From NCBI RefSeq assembly GCF_964204645.1, contig NC_134035.1, forward strand, positions 7,100,451 to 7,164,450: a stretch of DNA of 64,000 nt, written 5' to 3'. Shown piece by piece: positions 1 to 10,101 of the stretch. A program made the translations under genes and the position numbers. The stretch comes from Tubulanus polymorphus (Eukaryota; Animalia; Nemertea). The notes beneath the pieces were generated by a model, which had not been told where the DNA came from, did no database searches, and saw only the letters and a list, made by a program, of their open reading frames with translations. Positions within the stretch are counted from its first letter, which is position 1. The number at the start of each line of letters is the position of its first letter.

Positions 1-143
1 ATTAGAATGGGCTTATTTAGATTTTCAAGATTTGACTTATTAAAAATATTTTCTTATGAGGCCTATATAATGAAAGGTAAAATGAAAGGTTGATTTGAAA
101 AAATAACATCGTACAATCGAAACAAATATAAAGCATAACTCAC

Positions 144-687
144 CTGCGCTGTCATTGATAGCTTGTACATTGATTTACGGGTAGCGTTTTCTGTTTATAT
201 AAACAGGTTCATCTATGGCAGGACGCTGAATTCGAATATGGGTCCCGTCAACAGCCCCAATGACACCAGGAAACCCAGCAATTTCATGGAATTTCTCTTT
301 GTTTACTGCTATTTCTTCAGCGGTAGTAGGCCATCGTATAAATGCATTTCTCCGTTGGCAGAGGGCATCTGTCACATCAGTTATTGAACGGGAAACTGTG
401 GCTTTGGACACGCCAAAGGAATCCCCGATCTCGTTCATGAAAGCTCCAGTGGCATAATACCTAAGGGCTATCAATAGTTGAACTTTTGAATCAATTGCGT
501 GTGATCGCCTTGTTTGCCTTTCCAAATCGTTTTTGACTATATCGTGGATAAAATCGATTCCCCTTCTCCCGAATCTATAACGCTGTCTCAGTTCCTCATC
601 GTAAAGTGAATTAATGAATTCGAATCTGTGTCTGAATTGCCTTTGTTGACCAACAAATAAACGTTCATAAATAATCGCAGCAGCCAT
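144..687 (-). pseudogene. Harbinger (HARBI1-like DDE_Tnp_4) transposase exon 1 with a nonsense mutation
   Basis: Has QLLIALRYYATG, the HTH GVSKATVSR and FPGVIGAVDGTHI (first catalytic Asp). YINRKRYP*INVQAI matches the family motif YxNRKgyhSINVQ with TAA at 175-177 in place of Ser. A splice donor AG|GTGAG follows at about 144. Confidence 0.88.
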
Positions 688-786
688 CTTGATAAACCTT
701 CCTAGATACTAATCATGATTAAATGGTTTAATTACACTCTAGAGGAATTAAATTTTGTAATTAACTTAATTATAATTAAAGATAAT

Positions 787-2543
787 AAACCATTTTACAG
801 TTGCTAGCCGCCATTTTGTTAGGGTACTTTTGTCCTGTATTGTTGGGTCATTTTTTCTCTTTTTTAAAAACTATCCGTGATGTGTGTTGTATCATATTTC
901 ATCTGTCCATGGATGGATTTTGACAGTTTCAGCAACATTCAAACCGCATAAATCTCTAGTTTTCAGTTATGTAAAAATCATTTTTTAAATTTGCAACAAT
1001 GCGACATGAGAGCGATATAAAAATTGGCGGTCAGTTTTTTCCGTGCGCATAGAAATCCAGGGTACTGAACTTTGAAGTTCGTTATTTTCAGAAATAATTT
1101 TCTAAAAAATCCAAGCATTTCAAGAACTGTGCGCATAAATGCCCTCTTTCGGGTGAACTTTGAAATGTTAAGATATCTTGCCTAGTTTATTTCCTATGGC
1201 TCTTTACCTGCAGCGCGTGTATTGTCATTCCGAGATTCGGCGCTGTTTTCTTTGCGTGTATTTCAGTATATGGGTGTTATTTTTCATTTTTACTACACTT
1301 GTTTCTACGGAAAATGGTTTTAATTGTTGGTACGAGTATCAGGTTTCAATATTACGTCATTTATGCAATAATAGATCGAAGACATTTGAGATGTTGGAGT
1401 TTAAGGGATTTTTTTGACCAGTTTTAGCAGTGAGACTGAGCGGCATTTTGATCACGTATTCGAAGTTGCGCGCGGGAAGAGAATATATGGGCCTATATTG
1501 AGATGGAAGAAGAAAAGAAATATAACACTCAAAATCGAGTATGATGACCATTTAAATCAGTAGTCTATCAATCAATTTATATAAAAATCTACTGAAATTA
1601 GATGGATGGAGAAGTGGTCAAAAAGCTGGACAAATGGGGTGGGGCAAATATTCAGCTACTTTCTATGAATACTTTCTATTAAGTACACACAAGATTGATT
1701 AGCTCGGGAAGAAAATATAGGAAAACATTTTCTTGCTTTGGTGGTGAAATATCAAGTATCAAGTTCGAATGTCAGACACAGGTGATTAAAAGTAAAACGT
1801 GACATCTACCATCACAAAAACGCAAGAAGTGTGTGGATTGCATTTACAACAAAAGAGTGATATTTTGGGTTTTCTTGGGTGCATGTACGTATGCCTCTGC
1901 CTGCTGTAAAAGCAGCTACCAATACAGCCATTACGAACTAGCGCCGGAGAACGGAATACAGTATTAATGCCGTAATATTTAAACCTGATACTCGTACCAA
2001 CAATTAAAACCATTTTCCGTAGAGACAAGTGTAGTAAAAATGAAAAAAATAACACCCATATACTGAAATACACGCAAAGAAAACAGCGCCGAATCTCGGA
2101 ATGACAATACATGCGCTGCAGGTAAAGAGCCATAGGAAAAAAACTAGGCAAGATATCTTAACATTTCAAAGTTCACCCGAAAGAGGGCATTTATGCGCAC
2201 AGTTCTTGAAATGCTTGGATTTTTTAGAAAATTATTTCTGAAAATAACGAACTTCAAAGTTCAGTACCCTTGATTTCTATGCGCACGGAAAAAACTGACC
2301 GCCAATTTTTATATCGCTCTCAAGTCGCATTGTTGCAAATTTGAAAAATGATTCTTACATAACTGAAAACTAGAGATTTATGCGGTTTGAATGTTGCTGA
2401 AACTGTCAAAATCCATCCATGGACAGATGAAATATGATACAACACACATCACGGATAGTTTTTAAAAAGAGAAAAAAAACGACCCAACAATACAGGACAA
2501 AAGTACCCTAACAAAATGGCGGCTAGCAACTGTAAAATGGTTT
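787..2543. mobile_element. Non-autonomous foldback/MITE with about 570-bp terminal inverted repeats
   Basis: 787-~1358 is the reverse complement of ~1967-2543 at high identity, which is why mirror ORFs 1178+ and 1786- appear. Termini are AAACC...GGTTT with AT on both sides (785-786, 2544-2545). Confidence 0.9.
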
Positions 2544-2825
2544 ATTACGTTTTGTGAAACACCTAACTTAATTCAATCATGATAATTTAATCATGATTAG
2601 TGATTTAATCATAATTAAGAGTTAATTACGCTTTGTGAAACCGGCCCCTGAATGCTATCTTGAACTGATTGATGTTCTACTTATATCTACTTCTTAATCC
2701 AGAAGAGAAGAACGCTATTCTTCCGATATCGATTTATTTCTGGTATAACCTTATGTCCGAACACATGACTCACATGCTGGCCCGTATCGGTAGTACATCG
2801 TGGCTGATTCGGGCTATACTAGGAC

Positions 2826-3080
2826 ATTTTTCTATACGGAAAGAGCAGCGATAAAAAATTTTAACATTGGCCCATTTTTTGGTTTTCTCGCGCGAGAAAA
2901 AAAAAACATTTTGGTTTGAAAAATTTTTCTGACTGGCTAGAAGCTGGATAAAAACTTTTTACATTGGCCCATTCTTTTTGTTTTTTCGCGCGAGAAAACC
3001 AAACTTTTTGAATTCTCGTGCGGGAAAACGAAAAAAACGGGCCAATGTGAAAATTCTATAATCTCTAGCCGTACAGAAAA
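2826..3080. repeat. Short palindromic, internally duplicated repeat (MITE-like)
   Basis: Duplicated unit TTTTACATTGGCCCATT..GTTTTCTCGCGCGAGAAAA, with an inverted copy (GGCCAATGTGAAAATT...CCGTACAGAAAA) at the right end. Confidence 0.5.
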
Positions 3081-4251
3081 AGGCTATCCGAACTTATTTG
3101 ACTTTGACTTGACATTTGACTTGGTATTTGCTGCATCCCTCACCTCACCCCTCCCCCTAATTGTGAAACGTCGGCCAAGAACCACACGGCTCATAAAAGC
3201 ATGGTTCAGTAAACAAGTAGACTGGATTATTGCCACAGCTGAGCATGTTTTGAAAGGTGAATAATTGATTTACCCGGGCGTACATATCGTATAGTCTCTA
3301 TACATACGTTTACTACATAAAAGGAAATGCGACCGATGTACTTTACGTCACACTGGGCAAATTACCATAAACCGAAATCGAAATTATGAATTTCTACAGC
3401 TTTTAATCCAAATCTTTTTTCTCGTTCTTTCGTAGTTTCGTGATGGATGAATTTGCATACAAGGACTCTTGTATGATGAACTGTTGACACGTAGCTGATT
3501 TGAATGTTCGATTTTATTAAAACTACACCTAACTCACTAATTCATGGAACTCGTTATAGCCTACTATTAGAGCTTATGCCGCGAGCAATACACTTCGATA
3601 CAAAATCTAATTGAAATCAACTATAGTGAAATATTACTCAACTTTTTTTTCAAGATGCGGTCTTGACTGCTCGTGATAAATCATTTTATATTCTATTTTC
3701 TGGTTTCGATTTTTCAATTTTCCTAACAGATTATGATAAGTGACGTTTTTATAAATTTGTGTCTGCAAAGATTTCACATCAACCGTTACAACAAACTATT
3801 TCATCTTTTACTTTAAGCATATTACAATATTCTAAAAAATCGACACTGATCAAAACTTAAGTATGGGACTGTATGGTGCGATTTTTTAGAGTTTATAAAT
3901 TACGGGAAAAATGTAGATATTGATCATTTTTACTTCAGTTGGCTGTGATTCGATTATATATGGAGTTACCGTTAAGCAGCTTTGAAAAAGTGTCAGATGG
4001 GAAAATTGAAACATTCTAATGTTTATAGTTGAATTGGCAAAACGAAATGTTTGGTTACCTGGTTTACAACTGCTCAACTCTAGTTATTGTAAACAAACAT
4101 TGCGTTACTGGTCTATAAACAAAAGCAAATTGATGCATTGTTAAAAACGTTCTATCAATGGAACCATGTCTAAGCTTTCAATTTCAGTACATGTACATCC
4201 GTGAAATTCTTGCCCGTCCAGCCATGTTTGTAACGATGGTACCGTGGTGGG

Positions 4252-4331
4252 CTATATATACAGATTCGCCGGATTAGAGGGTCACAATCATTATCAAAAC
4301 GACGCATACAGACGAATACCAGGAGTTGAAG
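4252..4331 (+). promoter_or_regulatory. Putative TATA box and non-coding first exon of MS4A-like gene 1
   Basis: GCTATATATA at 4252-4260, a candidate donor AAG|GTTGGT after 4331, and an acceptor TTTTTTCAG immediately before the ATG at 4603. Confidence 0.5.
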
Positions 4332-4602
4332 GTTGGTGATACATTTCTACCATTTAACATCGTGATTTATATATCATTTTCTTTTCAACATGAATTGTAT
4401 TAATTGGGCTAAAATGGTTTTGCGACATTTTTTTGATGAAAAATGTCTCTGGAAGGATTACCTGCCCATAAAAGATGTTTGAATTTGTTAGAATTTTCCA
4501 CAAAAATGATTTTCAAGTTAACTTATTGAACGAAAGTTATTTTTTTTCAGATTTTTTTCACACTCTCAAAAATTTGATTAATCAATGTACGTATTTTTTC
4601 AG

Positions 4603-5160
4603 ATGTCCGTGCAACCAATTCAAATTGAAGGTCATTACGATGCCACCAAATCAGGTGGTCAGACGGTCATCATCGTACAACAACAAGGACAAGAACCGAA
4701 GGAAGTGAAAAGAGGCTCGGTGCTAGCCTGCGGTGTGATAAACGTATTATGCGGTGCTGTGGTACTCATCGTCAATATCGCTGAAATTGCCGCCTTCAGT
4801 CACGGAGGAGCTTTCACTGGAATGTGGGGAGGTATATTCTTGCTGATCGCCGGTATCCTGGGTTGTACGGTCGGGGCGCAGTGTGGTGGATGCGGACCAG
4901 GTGCCGTTACTGGCGCGTTGGTAATGTCGATCTTCGCGGCGATTATCGCACCTGTCGCAGTCATCGTCGCTGGAATCGACGCGGGTGCCATTACGATTAT
5001 GATCGCGCTCGGTTCCAATAATCTGTCGACCATTTATGCGACGGCCATCGTTAAAGTCGTGCTGTTCTTAGTAGGATTTATTGTGTCAATTTGTGAGGCG
5101 TCGTTCTGTTGTAGCTGCTGTTACAGATCAGTTCAATCTAAGATCATAAGCGTAAACTGA
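4603..5160 (+). CDS. Four-transmembrane MS4A/CD20-like protein, paralog 1 (185 aa)
   Basis: Single coding exon after acceptor ttttttcag|ATG. Four hydrophobic segments, GMWGGIFLLIAGILG (MS4A-type WgG..fii.G motif) and Cys-rich tail SFCCSCCY. AATAAA at 5269-5274. Confidence 0.85.
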   Translation: MSVQPIQIEGHYDATKSGGQTVIIVQQQGQEPKEVKRGSVLACGVINVLCGAVVLIVNIAEIAAFSHGGAFTGMWGGIFLLIAGILGCTVGAQCGGCGPGAVTGALVMSIFAAIIAPVAVIVAGIDAGAITIMIALGSNNLSTIYATAIVKVVLFLVGFIVSICEASFCCSCCYRSVQSKIISVN

Positions 5161-5663
5161 AATTCTATACGAACTCGTCATGGTACTTGTGATTAAGACA
5201 TGAATTCCGAATCTGTATATATTTGTTAAGACGATACCTCCTCTATCTGTTCTGCTATTTATACACGTAATAAATGTATTAGATTTATAGATCGGCACAA
5301 ATCCTTTTGTCTGTATCTATATTATAAACATACCCGGTAATTGAATTAAATATCATTTTTCTTTAGAAAAATCGATTGTTCTTATTAATTATGATTTCAT
5401 TGAAAAGTTAAGATTAAGATTTGTTTCGAAGTTTTGTATGAACTGTTTTATACCACAGTTGCTTTGTACCGCAACTGATTTACTCTCTTTTTCTTCAAAG
5501 CACTGAGGAGTCGACATCAAGCTACAGTTTTAACAAAATGCTTCAGCTTAAAACTAAATGTTCGCAATGTATCATTTGTTTCACTTCAGTGTGAAGCTTA
5601 TTGGAAAACTTTGGAATTTTGGGCAAATTGACACGTACATCGCAAGACCTGATGCTTCGCCAA

Positions 5664-6578
5664 TGGGCGGCCATCCCCGCCAAACAGACGCTTAAGTCAT
5701 CACGTGAAGGATAAACCTATAACGTGAAGTATAATGTAGTAACGTGAAGGATAAACTCATACCGTGAAGGTTAATGTCATGACGACGCGAAGGATCAACT
5801 CGTGTCATCAAGGATAAACCTATTATGTCGTCAGATGACGCGCCAGTCGATCAGAAATATGTTCAGTTAAGCGCAGGCGTCATGACATGTGAACTTAAAT
5901 AAGTTCTACGTATTAGGCTCGAATCCCGCAAATTATGAAGTGTCCGCTGGTTTATTTTGTTCGTCGCATAAAAAGGTTTCTTATCTAAAATAGGAAAAAA
6001 TAAACTTTGAAAGCCCCAGCATCTATTTGTATGTGCTAATAGGTTCGAATCCCGAAATTGTGTAATAGAAAAATATATTAGGATTTATTCATACACCGAT
6101 TTCAAATTTTTAGCTTAAAGATTTCATAACCCGTTATCCCCAAAAATACAAAAGATCTTCTTAAGCAATTATTGACAACAAAACGAAGAATGCCTCATCC
6201 TGGTGCGTCCGCCGTTGTGGGCCAAAAAGAGTCAAATCAAATCTATGAATAATTTTTGGGGATTATAAATAGCGCCGCTTATGAAATAAACCAGTGACAT
6301 TGTGATCATCAATTTGAAATAAGACTCAATATTTTGTGGGATTCGAATCTAATAGAAACTACAGCGACGCACATGCTGGAGTCATTAAAGTTCACATGTC
6401 ATGACGCCTGCGCACAACAAAATTTATTTCGACTGACTGGCACGTCATCTGGTGACATTATAGGTTTATCCTTGATGATGTGAGTTGATCCTTCGCGTTG
6501 TGACATCTACCTTCACGTTATGGGTTTATCCTTCACGTGATGACTTAAACGTCTGTTTTGCGGAGATGGCCGCCCATA
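5664..6578. mobile_element. IS3EU-like non-autonomous element (long TIRs, 6-bp TSD)
   Basis: About 270-bp imperfect TIRs (TGGGCGGCCATC... / ...GATGGCCGCCCATA). Flanks are CGCCAA (5658-5663) and CGTCAA (6579-6584). The TIRs contain internal CGTGAAGGATAAAC repeats. Confidence 0.75.
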
Positions 6579-6824
6579 CGTCAACACATAATGCCATACA
6601 TTATGCACGAGGTTCCCCCTCCTCTCAACAACACGGCAAACTGACCGTCACAATTAAAGTTCGCTGCCATGGACACACGTATCAACACAGAATACAATAC
6701 ATAAGCATGTTGTCGTTGTATCAGCAGCGCACTATCCTCGCGGGGATCTTCTAGTCTACTGGAAGTTGTTAGAACTTTGGTTTTCACTTTTCAGCTCGCG
6801 CAAAGACGACGAATTGCAATAGAT

Positions 6825-7679
6825 ATGCAGGTAAGAACAAGAGAAAAGACAAATGGATTTCTTAAATCTTTATTTCATTCACTTCATGCGCATGTAGATA
6901 GATATAGTTGGCAAAATTGATACTAACAATTTCTTCCTGAACGAAAATAAATTAGAAATCATTTTGTTTTAAAAGCATTGCGAAAAGGCAATTCCAAACT
7001 ATCATTGATTCACTATTTGACTCAAAGAAAATTCACAAATTCGATATCTAACAACTGATACATATTCAAAATGTTCACTTTCTATGAATTTCAGATGGAG
7101 AAAAATAACGACGCTTCGATGCCCGGCCATGTTTCTAGCAGTAACCCACATAGCGTAGCTCAACCTGGACAACCGAACGTCATAATCATTCAACAACAAA
7201 ACCCCGAAACCATGAAGCACATCCGAACAGGATCTTTGATGGCGTGTGGTGTACTATCTTTACTGTGCGGAATAATCACGTTCATTGCTAACATTGCAGA
7301 AATTGCTGCTCTCGGAAGTAATGCGGCCTTGACCGGACTCTGGGGCGGAATACCATTTATAATCATAGGAATATTGGGCTGCATCATCGGAAGGCAAGCT
7401 TGTGGATGTGGAAAGGGTGTGGTGACGGCATGCCTGGTTTTATCCATTTTAACCTCCATCATTGCCGGGGTTGCTGTTGTAGTTGCTGGTTTGACTCTTG
7501 GTGGCGCCCAAATTGCTAAAGCTTTAGCGACTAGAATGGGTGTAAGTGGGTACAGATTGCAACAACTAAATGGATTGGAGGCAACTTCAGCGGTGAAATT
7601 GGTATTGTTCTTGATTGGTTTCATCGTTGCGATTTGCGAGTCAGCGTTCTGTTGTAGTTGTTGCTATGCAATGGACTAA
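6825..7679 (+). CDS. Four-transmembrane MS4A/CD20-like protein, paralog 2; join(6825..6830,7095..7679)
   Basis: ATG CAG|GTAAG micro coding exon, then acceptor tttcag|ATGGAG. Clearly paralogous to 4603-5160 (VIIIQQQ, ACGV..LCG, NIAEIAA, TGLWGG, VK.VLFL.GFIV.ICE..FCCSCCY). AATAAA overlaps the stop. Confidence 0.85.
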
Positions 7680-7874
7680 ATAAACAATGAAGTAAACAAA
7701 CGCGATCGATTCCAGGGGACAACAATAATTAACTATTCAGATATCATACCCTTAATTTCATGAATAAGTTAGTCAAGTCATTGTAGGTCTGCATGTTCGT
7801 CTATGGAAAAAGAAACCATGTTTAGTCGCAATACGATCCAAAACATAGTTATTTTCCTATGATCTACCCATAGC

Positions 7875-8291
7875 TACGGAAGCGATAAAGGGCCTCGAGT
7901 TGTCGCGTTCCAACTCGACAAGTCGCCATATTTATGTCGACATATCGCGATATATCGCGTCAAGTCGACATGAATATGTCGACATATCGTGACGTTTTCA
8001 CGACAAATTTCGCTTTTTTTGCCCATTTTCCACGGGACAAGCCGTCATTTGAAGACATGTCTAAATGTAAGATGAGGACGCCAGTAATATGACGACTGAG
8101 TTTCAAGTCGTCATGAATATGTCGACTTGTCGCGAGGAAAGTGGTCGAGAGAACGAAATATGTCGTCAAAACGTCACGATATATCGACATATTCATGTCG
8201 ACTTGACGCGATATATCGCGATATATCGACATAAATATGGCGACTTGTCGAGTTGGAACGCGACATCTCGAGGCCCTTTATCGCTTCCGTA
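7875..8291. mobile_element. CpG-rich MITE (TACGGAAGCG family, IS3EU-like termini), intact copy 1
   Basis: TIRs TACGGAAGCGATAAAGGGCCTCGAG... / ...CTCGAGGCCCTTTATCGCTTCCGTA of about 130 bp, rich in GTCGAC and ATATCGCGAT palindromes. Confidence 0.85.
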
Positions 8292-8862
8292 GATATCTGT
8301 CCAAAAGTATACAAATAAATATTCGATTTACATTGTGTTACAATGCAAAAAAGATTTTTGGTTTTTCAGTGTTCCATTCGGGTTTTTATTGGCACAATGT
8401 TGATAACCAGTTAGGTACGGAAGCGATAAAGGGCCTCGAGTTGTCGCGTTCCAACTCGACAAGTCGCCATATTTATGTCGATATATCGCGATAGAAAACC
8501 AATATGGCGTCGACGTTAGAGTGAGACCGGTTTTATTTCGCTCCTCCTTCTAGGCTCGTTTACTGGATTTTTTACTTATTCTATACGCGTGAAAATTACA
8601 TGGATTAATGGTATACGTTATGTTTTTCTGTTGTGGATCTTTCGTGAGTTTGTTTCCACTTTGAACACCATATAATGACTGTTTTTGGTTATTTCGATAT
8701 CGTTACTTAATAAACCAGGTAGAAAATGCTCGCGCGATGACGTAGTGACAAGAAATCGCCGTATATTCACTCACGCATGAAGGATTTCTATTTAAGTGCC
8801 ACGAACGTAGTGGAGTCGAACGATCATTACTTTTTGTTTAATCATTCAACGTTCTTCCTATA

Positions 8863-9810
8863 ATGGCTGGAGTTAATAAAAACAGTAAAACCACCAATAA
8901 AAGCAAACGGAAAAAAGCAGAAACTAGCAGTTCCGGTGACTCAACATCATCAACCTCATCAAATGCGAGAACTACCAAGAGGTCGAAACCGCCCACTATC
9001 GATGAATTCGACAATGATGACGTATTTTCAAGTTCCGATAAATCCATTGGTGACGAGCTATTTGAAGTTAGAATCTCAGAAGCTCTAAGTAGCCCGCATG
9101 TGCAAAAGATTATACAAACAATTGTCGATTCAATTCTTACAACGTTCAAGCGGGAAACGAAAACTATCATAAATGATAAATTCGACAAATTCGACGCATT
9201 TTTATTTGATATGAATAAAAAACAGGATGAACTTAAACGTAGTGTCGACACCATGATCGAATCCTGTAAAAACTCAATCGACGAATTAACAACAAAATGT
9301 CGTGCAATAGATAAGTCACTTTCAGACGTCGATTACAGACTCTCGGCAATTGATGCGTACTACGAAGAATTAGAGATGTACACTAGAAGAAACTCTATCC
9401 GTATTTTTGGACTCAACGAACTTCCAGACGAAAATCCGCTTGAAAAATGTACGAAATTTTTCAAAGACTCCCTGAACATTGATATCAATCCGTGTGGCAT
9501 CGACCGAGCGCATCGAATAGGAAAACCATCTAGAGACCCGCGTGTTCCGAGACAAATGATCGTCAAATTTGTGCGTCATACCGACAAAGAGCTGGTTATC
9601 AAGCAGCGTAGAAAATTAAAAGGATCCAAAACTAGTATCTCTGAGGATTTAACCCGCGGCAGAGCTCAATTCCTGAAGTACCTGAACAAACATCAAGCGG
9701 TTTCAGCATCATGGTCGAATGACAGTAAAATTATGGCCATCATTAACAACATGAAGCACCATCTTAGTGGCTATGCAGATTTTGATGAGATATTGAATCG
9801 TGTATCCTAG
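8863..9810 (+). CDS. LINE ORF1p (coiled coil + RRM/CTD, Transposase_22-like)
   Basis: Heptad-rich middle, then LEMYTRRNSIRIFGLNE, IDRAHRIGK, PRQMIVKF and SISEDLT motifs. Uninterrupted, 315 aa. Confidence 0.88.
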   Translation: MAGVNKNSKTTNKSKRKKAETSSSGDSTSSTSSNARTTKRSKPPTIDEFDNDDVFSSSDKSIGDELFEVRISEALSSPHVQKIIQTIVDSILTTFKRETKTIINDKFDKFDAFLFDMNKKQDELKRSVDTMIESCKNSIDELTTKCRAIDKSLSDVDYRLSAIDAYYEELEMYTRRNSIRIFGLNELPDENPLEKCTKFFKDSLNIDINPCGIDRAHRIGKPSRDPRVPRQMIVKFVRHTDKELVIKQRRKLKGSKTSISEDLTRGRAQFLKYLNKHQAVSASWSNDSKIMAIINNMKHHLSGYADFDEILNRVS

Positions 9811-10101
9811 TTTGATTAATCCTGTCAAATCATAATTCCTTGATAACAATTATTATTTAGCATCTTAAAATTATTTAGGAGGAGCTAATCCTTTCATATG
9901 CTCGTGGCTTTAGTTACTCGGTATGGTTTATTGCTAATAGTATGTGCTGTGATCACATATTTTCTACATCGTCAATTTTTCTTTGTTTTCATTGATTTTT
10001 TTGTGTATACATATGCGTACCATGTTCATAATGAGCGAAATTTATTATGTAACGGTGAGTGCCGTCGAAGTATTACTATCACGCTTCAATTCCACTAGCA
10101 G

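Larger units (their letters stand above)
1..2648 (-). mobile_element. PIF/Harbinger DNA transposon, 5' part (continues left of the window), interrupted by a foldback element
   Basis: Terminus GGGGCCGGTTTCACAAAGCG (minus strand) ends at 2648 and is followed by TGA, a TNA-like target. The repeated subterminal motif ATAATTAAGAGTTAATTACG..TTGTGAAAC occurs at 2611-2641 and, split by the insertion, at 772-786/2544-2560. A transposase ORF lies downstream. Confidence 0.75.

Noticed and set aside
1178-2151. Twin ORFs MPSLFPMALY../MPSFFPMALY.. on opposite strands
   Set aside because: They are mirror readings of the foldback element's TIRs, start at TTG and have no protein features.
5915-6352. GGTTCGAATCCC B-box/tRNA T-loop-like motifs
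   Set aside because: They lie within the MITE TIRs, with no A-box or cloverleaf.
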